DNA of 64,000 nt from a virus (lineage: Duplodnaviria > Caudoviricetes): IMG/VR virus record IMGVR_UViG_3300028048_000081, positions 60,242 to 124,241 of that record. One strand, given 5' to 3'. The first letter of the stretch is position 1; each line of letters opens with the position of its first letter. The notes beneath the pieces are model-generated. The model saw only the letters and a program-made list of their open reading frames with translations, had not been told where the DNA came from and ran no database searches. The translations under genes were made by a program, and so were the position numbers. Of this stretch, positions 10,488 to 19,248 are shown one piece after another.

Positions 10488-10919
10488 ATGATAAATTACG
10501 ATACACTTATCCCATATAAAGAGATTGAATACAATGGTATAACATACAGTAATTGTGAGGAATATTCTCATGTTTCCAGATATCGGTGTTTAAGAACTGT
10601 GAATCATGTTAAATCCGATAGAAAGTCACATTTCATTTCGTTGGAAACACCGAACAATATTCATGCAAATATTGAAGTAATATATTATATTGTAAGGGCA
10701 GAAGAAGAAAACAGGTTAGATATAATATCCAACAAGTATCTAGGATCTGCCGAATACACATGGGTTCTGTCCTACATAAACGAAATACACGATGGTTATA
10801 CTGTTCATGAAGGGCAGAAGATAATGATACCAGCAAGCAAATCGGTTACTGCTTTATTTGAAACAGGAGAAATGCTCGCATCGGTTAATCCTCTGTTATT
10901 TAACTTAGGAGAGGAATAG
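10488..10919 (+). CDS. LysM-like baseplate wedge protein (T4 gp53 / P2 gpX-like)
   Basis: YIVRAEEENRLDIISNKYLG..YTWVL..IN....GQKIMIP. Confidence 0.75.
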   Translation: MINYDTLIPYKEIEYNGITYSNCEEYSHVSRYRCLRTVNHVKSDRKSHFISLETPNNIHANIEVIYYIVRAEEENRLDIISNKYLGSAEYTWVLSYINEIHDGYTVHEGQKIMIPASKSVTALFETGEMLASVNPLLFNLGEE

Positions 10920-10920
10920 T

Positions 10921-12372
10921 ATGCTTAAGAACTGTTTTTTGAATTTCAGTCTTGCAGGAGTGAATCTTACCGAATTTGGAATGAAGATTCCATCTCCTGT
11001 AATTTCTCTTCAATTAACAAATAGTGAAATATCTAGTATGACCAGTTGGACTCTTACTTGTACAGTAGGAGGGAAAGATACAGAGAATGTAAATGTTGCA
11101 TCTTTTGAAGCACTCCTATATAGTTCTGCTCAAAGTGCAAGTGGATATAGCAATTCAAGTGGTATTCCTGTATCATTTGCTTTTGGTTGGGTAGAAGATA
11201 ACGGCGGAATTTCTGATTATGTTTCCTATCAAGGATTTACTATTCAGTTTAATGTTGCAACAACAGGGCAGTATTTAACCTATACTATCAAAGGATACGC
11301 ATCTTTAGCAATACAGAGTCATACACCAGTATTGAATATACCAGAAGTAAATGGTATAGTTCAGCCATCTGCTATTGTTGAAGCGCTTGCAAAAGCAACA
11401 AAAGCAACATCATATTATCAGTTAGATATCGACCATAATGATACTCCTACATATGTCAGTCATGGGGCAATGACAACAAGTTTCAATAATTATGTTAGAG
11501 GATCATATTCTGGAGAAGATGATTATGATTCATTCCCAGGATTGTTGAAGTTATCAAAATCATACAGTGGATCAAGAGAATCTTCTGGATTAGATTCTAA
11601 ATACAGAAAATTAAGTTCTGTTGTAAATAATTCAACAGTTACTCCATTAGGAAATTATTTGAAGCGTCATGTTTCCGATACTTCTCCTGTAGGAGCATCT
11701 TTTTCTTATTGGATTGATGAACCTACCATGACGCAACCAGGAGTAATACATTACAAGAGTAATTCAGGACTTACAGTTAATCAATCTTCCGATACACTTA
11801 TGTATGGAACTTCTAATGGAAATGTAATATCAATATCGGGTCAGTATAATGGTGTTGCTTATAACATGACAGATATGAGATTTTCTACTTTAGGATTTTC
11901 TGTAGATGGTAGTGGAAATAGTATTGTATCTAAAGCAAATGTAGTAAATAGTTGGAGTAGTTCATTAGCAGAAGTATTTCAAACAACAAATATAATAAAT
12001 GATGTAAATGCAATAGCATCTCAATTTAGTGGAGAGTTTACTATACAGATACCTGGAAGTACTAAAAAGTATGAACTTGCGCAGCCAGTATCTCTTCTAG
12101 TTATGTCTGAGAATACGTTATCTCCAATATCAGGTGTATACAACATAATGTCAGTATCTCATGCAATTTCATCTAATTTCATAACAACACTTAGATTGAA
12201 ACGTCTTGTAATGAGTACTGCAAATCAAGTTGCAAGTATACAGAACATAACAGTAAATGGTTCAAGTTACATGCAGAATTCAATATCCAAAACGCCAAAT
12301 ATAAAATCTCCTTATGAAGTAGATTTTGGTCAGATGTATCCCACATTCGAGCACATGGGAATTGTAACTTAG
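10921..12372 (+). CDS. Baseplate hub protein (gp27/gpD-like)
   Basis: C-terminal TIQIPG...SGVYNIMSVSHAIS.NFITTLRLKR hub signature; synteny. Confidence 0.65.
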   Translation: MLKNCFLNFSLAGVNLTEFGMKIPSPVISLQLTNSEISSMTSWTLTCTVGGKDTENVNVASFEALLYSSAQSASGYSNSSGIPVSFAFGWVEDNGGISDYVSYQGFTIQFNVATTGQYLTYTIKGYASLAIQSHTPVLNIPEVNGIVQPSAIVEALAKATKATSYYQLDIDHNDTPTYVSHGAMTTSFNNYVRGSYSGEDDYDSFPGLLKLSKSYSGSRESSGLDSKYRKLSSVVNNSTVTPLGNYLKRHVSDTSPVGASFSYWIDEPTMTQPGVIHYKSNSGLTVNQSSDTLMYGTSNGNVISISGQYNGVAYNMTDMRFSTLGFSVDGSGNSIVSKANVVNSWSSSLAEVFQTTNIINDVNAIASQFSGEFTIQIPGSTKKYELAQPVSLLVMSENTLSPISGVYNIMSVSHAISSNFITTLRLKRLVMSTANQVASIQNITVNGSSYMQNSISKTPNIKSPYEVDFGQMYPTFEHMGIVT

Positions 12373-12380
12373 GAGATGCA

Positions 12381-13019
12381 ATGGTTTACAATAATTGTGT
12401 AATAACACATCAAAATTCAAGAGTTATCATTCCATATATAGATTCAAAGCAGTCTGAAGATTTTAAGAAATATAAAACATTAAATCTAGGAGTAGATTTA
12501 CAAGGAAGATCTATATATACTATATCTTCTGGAACAATTTCTCAGATTACTTCATCAAGTGTGCTGATTGTTGGCGAAAATAAAGATGCATACTTTTATT
12601 CTAATATAGAACCGAATGAATTTTTAGAAGAAGGAGATAGAATAGAGTCCGGAGGATACATAGGGGAAACTAAGAATAGTGTACACTTTGAATATTTGCA
12701 AAATATGAAAACATCCTCTAGTTTGCAAATTGGATCGAAAGTATATTATAGGATAGATCCAACAACAATACTAGAAGAAAATATTTTAAGAGGAAAAGAT
12801 ATAAATATACGTTTACAGACTGATCCAGAGTTTGCAGAAGAAAAATTGTATTATGATAGTCATCCAGAAGTAAAGAGTCCTGAAGAGGAGTTAGAAGAGA
12901 TGATGGATAGCGAAGATGATGACGATATGGAACCTGATAATGACGGTTCTGAGGATACAGGTTATCCAGAAGGTTATGGTATGCCACCGTCGGAGATACA
13001 ACAGAGTCCTGATATATGA
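12381..13019 (+). CDS. Degenerate M23-peptidase-fold protein with acidic tail
   Basis: GVDL..IYTISSGTI...GDRIESGGYIG....VHFE matches the M23 fold, but HxxxD and HxH ligands are incomplete. Confidence 0.55.
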   Translation: MVYNNCVITHQNSRVIIPYIDSKQSEDFKKYKTLNLGVDLQGRSIYTISSGTISQITSSSVLIVGENKDAYFYSNIEPNEFLEEGDRIESGGYIGETKNSVHFEYLQNMKTSSSLQIGSKVYYRIDPTTILEENILRGKDINIRLQTDPEFAEEKLYYDSHPEVKSPEEELEEMMDSEDDDDMEPDNDGSEDTGYPEGYGMPPSEIQQSPDI

Positions 13020-14683
13020 AGCCGAAATTTTATAAACAATATGATAAGAAATATGCAAGCCATGGAAACGGTAAGGGGCAAACAATAGGTAGGAATGGAT
13101 GCGGACCTTCTGCTTGTGCAAATGTAATTGCAGCATTAGTAGATTCTGATATTACACCTATTGATACTTGGGACTGGTTTTGTAAACATAATTATATGAC
13201 ACCTTCGGGTTCTATACATGCTGCTATTCCTGCCTGTTTAAAACATTGGGGAATAAAAACAAAAGAAACACGGAGTGTAGCAGATGTTAGAAATTGTATC
13301 AAATCTGGTGGATGGGCAGTAACTTTAATGGGCCCTGGCAGATGGACTAGAGGGGGGCATTTTATAGTTCCTTATGGAATACACCATAGAGATAAACTAT
13401 ATGTAAGCGATAGCGGTTATTCTGATGACTACCACCAGAAAAATGGATCTTTATCAGATTTTAGATCTAGTTTCATAGTAGGATGGCTGATAGAAGATTT
13501 AGGAGATGGAGCATCTGGAGGTAGTGGAAATAAAAAGAAAAAATCAGGTGGTTTCAGATTAGAAGATATAGATGATAAATTCATAACCCCATATGTTTTA
13601 ACAATAGGAAGAGAGGATAACCCTAAAGAATTTGAGTGTAAAGAGTGGAAAGAGAATAGGGTATTAGGAGTCATATTAGAAGCAGGATATTATTTTGATA
13701 AAAATCATGTTCCTGTAAAATCATTTAGGAATAGAAAGTTATATGATCAATGTAAGAAAATAGTATCTCATAATTTTGAATTTGGATATTTTTTCAACGG
13801 AAGAGCAAAGAGTGCAAAAGAAGTAGAAAAAGAAATATATGAATTTTCGTTCATAACTAGAAAGTATGCTCCGACGATGGGAGTATGGATAGTTGCGGAT
13901 TTCTTAAAAAGAAAGAAAGACAGAACATATAAAAAATTCAATGATGGAATATTAGCAGCATATGAAAAGGAACTGATAAGATTAGGACTTACAGGTAGGA
14001 TCGGAATATATTGTAAACATGAAGATCTAAAATACTTTTCTTGGGACAAGTTACAAGAAAAATGGTGGTTATGGTTAAATGATCCTGTTAAGAAAATTGA
14101 TAATCTTAATGGAGTATTAGATCCTAAATTCTTTGATACAGATAATAAGAGTGGAGAATTACCTGAGAATCCTTCTGTACAACTATACTTCGGTCCGGAT
14201 GAAGAAGTGACATCTGATGCTGTAAAATGGGCAAAGAAGATTGCAAATAATAATGATTTTGCATATGGTGTTGGAAAACGATCTCATAATCAAGGATGTT
14301 ATTTCTGCGGTACAAATAGAAGCGGGAAGAAGAAAGCAAAGAAGGGTTCTAAATGGGAGAAAACATATTGCAGTAGTACTTTAATATGTGCAGCATATGT
14401 TCATGGTGGAAAGATCAGAAAGAGATGTTGGAATAGTGGAGTAAGTGTAGCAAGTTGGACAAAACATGGGTTCACATACATAGGCACAAATGTTCCAAAG
14501 AAGAAACTAGAACCTGGTGATGTTATACTAACTAAATCTCATGTTTCTATGTATATAGGAGATGGAAAAATTGTCCATGCTCGTAAAGAAGGTTGGGGAA
14601 ATGATACTATAGTTATTGGAAAGTTTTCTCCAAAGAAACCATATAATGTTGTGAGATATATGAATAGGAATTATACTAAATAA
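13016..14683 (+). CDS. Virion-associated multi-domain cell-wall hydrolase: C39-like peptidase + GH25-like barrel + NlpC/P60
   Basis: YKQYD..GCGPSA..GHFI (C39); GVIL..GYFF..A....E..GIY..WLW (GH25-like); YCSS...LEPGDVI..SHVSMYIGDGKIVHA (NlpC/P60). Confidence 0.75.
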   Translation: MKPKFYKQYDKKYASHGNGKGQTIGRNGCGPSACANVIAALVDSDITPIDTWDWFCKHNYMTPSGSIHAAIPACLKHWGIKTKETRSVADVRNCIKSGGWAVTLMGPGRWTRGGHFIVPYGIHHRDKLYVSDSGYSDDYHQKNGSLSDFRSSFIVGWLIEDLGDGASGGSGNKKKKSGGFRLEDIDDKFITPYVLTIGREDNPKEFECKEWKENRVLGVILEAGYYFDKNHVPVKSFRNRKLYDQCKKIVSHNFEFGYFFNGRAKSAKEVEKEIYEFSFITRKYAPTMGVWIVADFLKRKKDRTYKKFNDGILAAYEKELIRLGLTGRIGIYCKHEDLKYFSWDKLQEKWWLWLNDPVKKIDNLNGVLDPKFFDTDNKSGELPENPSVQLYFGPDEEVTSDAVKWAKKIANNNDFAYGVGKRSHNQGCYFCGTNRSGKKKAKKGSKWEKTYCSSTLICAAYVHGGKIRKRCWNSGVSVASWTKHGFTYIGTNVPKKKLEPGDVILTKSHVSMYIGDGKIVHARKEGWGNDTIVIGKFSPKKPYNVVRYMNRNYTK

Positions 14684-14684
14684 G

Positions 14685-16718
14685 ATGTCTGGTAAAGTTA
14701 TAAAAGTTCCAAAATCGGTTGATCAAAGTGGTATTGTAAAAGATGCTACAAACAACTATAAAACTAGGCCTTGGGCATCGGGAACAGGGCAGGCTGCAGT
14801 TTCTAAATTATGGAAGAAGAGGGGTAGCGAACATACTAGGGGAATTGCTACAATAAGCGGTAATTATCTTGTTGCTGTATCTGGAGTATTTGGAAAAGCT
14901 GGTGATGGAATTGTTATCAATCTTTCAGGTGGGATTAGAATACCAGCAATAATAGCGGATATAAAAGGGAGCGATAAAGCAAACAAATGGGGACACGATT
15001 TTGGAGGAAGGACATCATTAGTAGAGTGGGAAGCATATACTGTATATCAAAAAATAAAGTTAGGTAGTTGGGAAGGAAAGAAAGTAAAAAGTATAATCAA
15101 TTTCGGAAAGTATTCTGGTAATAAAAAGGTAACGGAAGGAATTGAGAGCGGAGTTGATAAGTATTTAAAAGTTGCAAGATCAGCATTAGGGCCTGGCGGA
15201 AAAGAATGGGTCAAGAAAACAGCAGATAGTTTTCATCCGGGTGCATGGTGTGCAGATACTCAATGTGCATTTGCTATAAAAACTAAATTTGCAGGAAAGA
15301 TAATGCCTAGAAATAAATCTATGGCAGGTGCATTTGGTCAAGCGATAGTAGAAAAATATGGTGGAAAATACATAAAGGGGCCTGGATATAATGGTGGCAG
15401 AAAAGTAGTACCAGAGCCCGGAGATATAGTAGAGCATAGAGGAAAAGGAAAGAAGTATAGTTCTGCTCATGTAGGTGTGGTAGAAAAAGTCAAGAATGGA
15501 ACAGTAACTTCCATTGACGGTAATTATAATGATAAAGTATCTCGTAGGAGTTTTTCAACATCTGATAAATCGATTTCTTGGTATGCCAGACCAGATTGGG
15601 ATAAAGTTGGAGGATCTGGAACATATGATGACGATGATGAAGATGGTGGCGGGGGATTATTATATGATACTTTAAGTACAAGAGCAGATGCCACTATAAG
15701 AGATGTATGTTATGCAGATAAAGATGGGAATCCCTCAAAGAAGAAAGAAAGATATAGATTAAGTGTTCTTAATTATACATCTGCTCTATTTTGGATGATA
15801 TATATTCTTGGTGGAACTGAAAATGAAGGCGAAGAAGGAGAGGAAGAAGAAGGCGAAGCATCATTTCCTAGTTGGATGAATAAGAATTCAAGATATGTTT
15901 TTGAATTCTTATCTGGTAAAGGTCTTAACAAAGCAGCAATTTGTGGAATACTAGGAAACATGTCTAAAGAGAATACTAACTTCAAACCTGGGCTATTCAA
16001 TGGAGTAGATCATTATGGTATATGTCAGTGGTCATCTGGAAGATATGGAAATACAAAGCATACAATAAAAGCAGAATGTAAACTATTGTGGAAGGAATTG
16101 AATGGTAGTTACAAAGGAGTTCTTAGTGCCCTTAAGAAAGTTAAGAATACAAAAAGCGGAGCAGAATCTGCTGCTGAAATATTTTGTAAGCAGTTTGAAC
16201 GTCCTGGAAACTATTCTAAAGAAGTTCCAGAAAGACAGAAAAGAGCAATTAAGTATTTTAACGGTATAGAAGTAGGTGTATCCAAAAAAGGTTGGCACAT
16301 GCCTTATGCTAAAGGGTGTAAGTACTATGGAAATAAAGACGGAGATTTCATGGCTAAAAGAAGTTATGAAAATCATCCAGGAATAGATATGACAAATCCA
16401 ACAAAACCAAATATACTTGCAATAAATGGTGGAAAAGTTATACGTGCAAGTTATTTTGGCGGATACGGAAACTGTGTAGATATACAACATTCTGGAGGCT
16501 ATTGGTCAAGATATGGCCATGGTAGTAAATTACTTGTGAAGAAAGGAGATAAAGTAGATTCAGGTCAGAAGATAATGGTAGCAGGAAGTACAGGTCATTC
16601 TTATGGAGTACATCTTCATTTAGAACTACACAAGAAAGATAAATTGATAAGTCCTAGAACATTTCTTCCGATACCTAAATATACAAGTTCTTCATTCAAA
16701 CAGTTTACAGTTAAATAG
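14685..16718 (+). CDS. Virion-associated multi-domain cell-wall hydrolase: N-terminal domain + CHAP + phage tail lysozyme + M23
   Basis: AWCAD..PEPGDIV..HVGVVE..IDGN (CHAP); AAICGILGNM..GICQW..FERP (tail lysozyme); HPGID..YGH..HLHLE (M23). Confidence 0.85.
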   Translation: MSGKVIKVPKSVDQSGIVKDATNNYKTRPWASGTGQAAVSKLWKKRGSEHTRGIATISGNYLVAVSGVFGKAGDGIVINLSGGIRIPAIIADIKGSDKANKWGHDFGGRTSLVEWEAYTVYQKIKLGSWEGKKVKSIINFGKYSGNKKVTEGIESGVDKYLKVARSALGPGGKEWVKKTADSFHPGAWCADTQCAFAIKTKFAGKIMPRNKSMAGAFGQAIVEKYGGKYIKGPGYNGGRKVVPEPGDIVEHRGKGKKYSSAHVGVVEKVKNGTVTSIDGNYNDKVSRRSFSTSDKSISWYARPDWDKVGGSGTYDDDDEDGGGGLLYDTLSTRADATIRDVCYADKDGNPSKKKERYRLSVLNYTSALFWMIYILGGTENEGEEGEEEEGEASFPSWMNKNSRYVFEFLSGKGLNKAAICGILGNMSKENTNFKPGLFNGVDHYGICQWSSGRYGNTKHTIKAECKLLWKELNGSYKGVLSALKKVKNTKSGAESAAEIFCKQFERPGNYSKEVPERQKRAIKYFNGIEVGVSKKGWHMPYAKGCKYYGNKDGDFMAKRSYENHPGIDMTNPTKPNILAINGGKVIRASYFGGYGNCVDIQHSGGYWSRYGHGSKLLVKKGDKVDSGQKIMVAGSTGHSYGVHLHLELHKKDKLISPRTFLPIPKYTSSSFKQFTVK

Positions 16719-17039
16719 GTGATAGTTATGATAGTATATGGTTATGCAAAAGATGTGAAATATGATAGAAACGGTACAATGTATGTAAGAGTTCGTGTAC
16801 CTCAGATACATGGTCCTGAAGATAGAACGGAATATTCTGGGCAACAAGCAAGAAATTATACATGGGATAGAGACCTTCCGTACTATCCTGCGAATATGCT
16901 TTCTGCTGTCCCTCAAGATGGGGATGTAGTTGAATTACAAACTTCTAATGATAAGAATGCAGATTTCATTGTTAGTGGATTAACAGGTGCTACTTTTTCT
17001 GGAATAGAAACAAATATACATACAGGGAGGTATGAATAA
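16719..17039 (+). CDS. Baseplate spike OB-fold protein (gp5/gpV N-terminal-like), short
   Basis: VRVRVPQIHG...PQDGDVV; lies directly before the gp25-like gene. Confidence 0.6.
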   Translation: MIVMIVYGYAKDVKYDRNGTMYVRVRVPQIHGPEDRTEYSGQQARNYTWDRDLPYYPANMLSAVPQDGDVVELQTSNDKNADFIVSGLTGATFSGIETNIHTGRYE

Positions 17040-17503
17040 TGGCAAATACTACTTCGTGGGCTTTTCCAAAGATATTTGATGCTACTACAAACAAAGTAAA
17101 CATATATGAAGATGAAAAATCTGTGGTTAACAGATGCAGACTTCTTATGTTAACAGAACCTACTGAGTTGTATATGAATCCAAGATTCGGAGTAGGGTTG
17201 AAGCGATTTCTTTGGCAGTACAATACAACAAATACACGTCCTATGATAGAAGATAGAATACGGGAACAGATAAGAGTAAACGAACCTTGTGTTGATGCGG
17301 ATGATATTCAATTCTCATCTAATACTGTAGAGGATCCAAATAAACAATTTAGGTCGCAAGAATACAACAGATTAGATATGTCTGTTGGTTTAAAAACAAC
17401 ATTTGGAGGTACTGTTATAGTTCCACTGTCAGATGAAATAACTAGATGGTCGGATGACGGTACTTATACTAATACAGATGAATTAGCATTGACAGAAAAA
17501 TAA
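17039..17503 (+). CDS. Baseplate wedge / sheath initiator (T4 gp25-like)
   Basis: LLMLTEPTELYMNPRFGVGLKRFLW...EP motif. Confidence 0.85.
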   Translation: MANTTSWAFPKIFDATTNKVNIYEDEKSVVNRCRLLMLTEPTELYMNPRFGVGLKRFLWQYNTTNTRPMIEDRIREQIRVNEPCVDADDIQFSSNTVEDPNKQFRSQEYNRLDMSVGLKTTFGGTVIVPLSDEITRWSDDGTYTNTDELALTEK

Positions 17504-17508
17504 TAGAA

Positions 17509-18531
17509 ATGTATTCAATAGAAAAGGCAACAAAAATATTTCATGAAATGTATGGAATAAATAATCCTATGGAGAATGCTGAGTTTGTAAGAAGGTTCTC
17601 CAGGAATTTCAGATCCGAATCTGATCTTGCCATCGAAGATAGAATATTAGATGCTACAAAAAATAAAAGTTCCGGTGATGATAGAATATTTAAAAATCTG
17701 TTTTCTGATATGTTGGATTCTGAAGGAATAGAATATGTCAGGAATTATGAATTAGGCGAGTATACTTTTGACTTCAAATTGAAAGATAGTAATACAGTAA
17801 TTCAAACATGTAATACAAATACACATAATAATGTTTTTAGTTTTGATGAATATGGTAGAGGTATAAATAGCAATCTTCATGAAAAAGAATGCAAAGCAGC
17901 AATTAAAGAGGGGTTGAAATGTATTCATGTATTTGATTGGGATGATCCTGTATCAATATTAAATAACATAAAGTCAGAAAATAAAGAATATTCGGATATA
18001 TCTGTAGAGAAAATATCAGAAAGTATGTTTAGGCAATTTCTTTCTTTATATGATATGAATAAAGATAATAAGAAATGTAATTTCTACTATGGTATATTTT
18101 CAAATAATGATCTAATAAGTGTAGGAGCTTTTCGTCATACTAGAAGAAATAAATATGATTGGGAACTTACAAAATATTGTGAGGATTCTAATGTTTGGCA
18201 CGAAGATAGAATAAGCAAACTTATTGATAAGATGATCTCAGATAACAAAGGGAAAACAGTATCTACATATCTAGAATTGTCAAAATATAATGTAGGTTGT
18301 ATTGATGCACTAGAAAAGTGTCATTTCAGTTATAGAAATAAAATATATCCAGATAGAATATGGTCAAAAGGGATTGAGCATGTTTCACAAAGTTTCATAG
18401 GCAATAGATCCTATTCACAACTATTTCATATAAAAGAAAAATCTGATAGTTCTACATATACTCAATTTATTGAAAATGGATGGCTACCTGTATATGGTTG
18501 CGGAAAATGGGTGTATGTGTATGAAAAATAG
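17509..18531 (+). CDS. Hef-like homing endonuclease (Vsr/PD-(D/E)xK-like + GNAT-like C-terminus), possibly degenerate
   Basis: GLKCIHVFDWD, WELTKYC and GWLPVYGCGKWVYVY motifs; interrupts the baseplate operon. Confidence 0.65.
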   Translation: MYSIEKATKIFHEMYGINNPMENAEFVRRFSRNFRSESDLAIEDRILDATKNKSSGDDRIFKNLFSDMLDSEGIEYVRNYELGEYTFDFKLKDSNTVIQTCNTNTHNNVFSFDEYGRGINSNLHEKECKAAIKEGLKCIHVFDWDDPVSILNNIKSENKEYSDISVEKISESMFRQFLSLYDMNKDNKKCNFYYGIFSNNDLISVGAFRHTRRNKYDWELTKYCEDSNVWHEDRISKLIDKMISDNKGKTVSTYLELSKYNVGCIDALEKCHFSYRNKIYPDRIWSKGIEHVSQSFIGNRSYSQLFHIKEKSDSSTYTQFIENGWLPVYGCGKWVYVYEK

Positions 18532-18766
18532 CATTGGAAAGATACCAGTTAAAGCATATTCTCTATTAGATAAGCACAGACCTGATTGGGTTGAAGAATT
18601 ATTGAGATATGAAGAAATAGAGATTGTAGAACCTTGTATAAAAATACAACAAAATGGTGAAGAATTCCTTGTTCCGCATGATGGATATATAATAATGGAT
18701 TCAACAGGAAACATATATTCTTGTTCCAGAATGGATTTTCTAAATAGTTTTAAGGAGAAAAAATAA
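18521..18766 (+). CDS. Small phage protein (PGDYG-like motif)
   Basis: DGYIIMDSTGNIYSC...F resembles the common GDYII..GE.YPC phage family. Confidence 0.5.
   Translation: MKNSIGKIPVKAYSLLDKHRPDWVEELLRYEEIEIVEPCIKIQQNGEEFLVPHDGYIIMDSTGNIYSCSRMDFLNSFKEKK
18629..18640 (+). promoter_or_regulatory. Putative late promoter GAACCTTGTATA (intragenic)
   Basis: Exact motif match, placed to restart transcription ahead of the gp6-like gene. Confidence 0.5.
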
Positions 18767-19056
18767 TGGCAGATTCTTCGACAATATATAGTAAATTAAC
18801 AGACATAACAGAACTAGGATCAGAAATAAAGGGGCTGGAGTTCGAATTACCTAGATTAGAAAAGGCAATACAGCAAAATATAGATTTTATAGTAAGTGTA
18901 GAAACAGATAAATTAAATACTGGTGATAGCAGTTCTATAACTCCTTCATACTTACATATTGTAAGAAAAGAGGACAAGATATACATAAAAGCAATGCTTG
19001 AAGGTATCCTTGCAGATGATATAGATAAACTTAACAGTATTCTGGAGGATCAATGA
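18766..19056 (+). CDS. Hypothetical protein
   Basis: AAGGAG RBS, coupled ORF. Confidence 0.7.
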   Translation: MADSSTIYSKLTDITELGSEIKGLEFELPRLEKAIQQNIDFIVSVETDKLNTGDSSSITPSYLHIVRKEDKIYIKAMLEGILADDIDKLNSILEDQ

Positions 19057-19202
19057 TGGATAGACCAAATCCACCTTGTAAAGGATGTAAAGATAGATAC
19101 CTCGGATGTCATTCTAAGTGTAAAAAATACATAGAATTTAGAAAAAAGAAAGATGAGTGGAACGAATTAGTTATAGAAAATAAGAAGAAGGATAAAATCT
19201 AA
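19053..19202 (+). CDS. Small Cys-rich phage protein (49 aa; not in ORF track)
   Basis: MMDRPNPPCKGCKDRYLGCHSKCKKY...; GGAGG RBS; ATGA overlap. Confidence 0.7.
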   Translation: MMDRPNPPCKGCKDRYLGCHSKCKKYIEFRKKKDEWNELVIENKKKDKI

Positions 19203-19248
19203 TATCATATATTGTAAACTGTACTTATTGATAATGGGAGAATAAATA

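Noticed and set aside
17282-17293. GAACCTTGTGTT as another late promoter
   Set aside because: Lacks the TATA half and lies in a conserved coding motif (EPC) of the gp25-like gene
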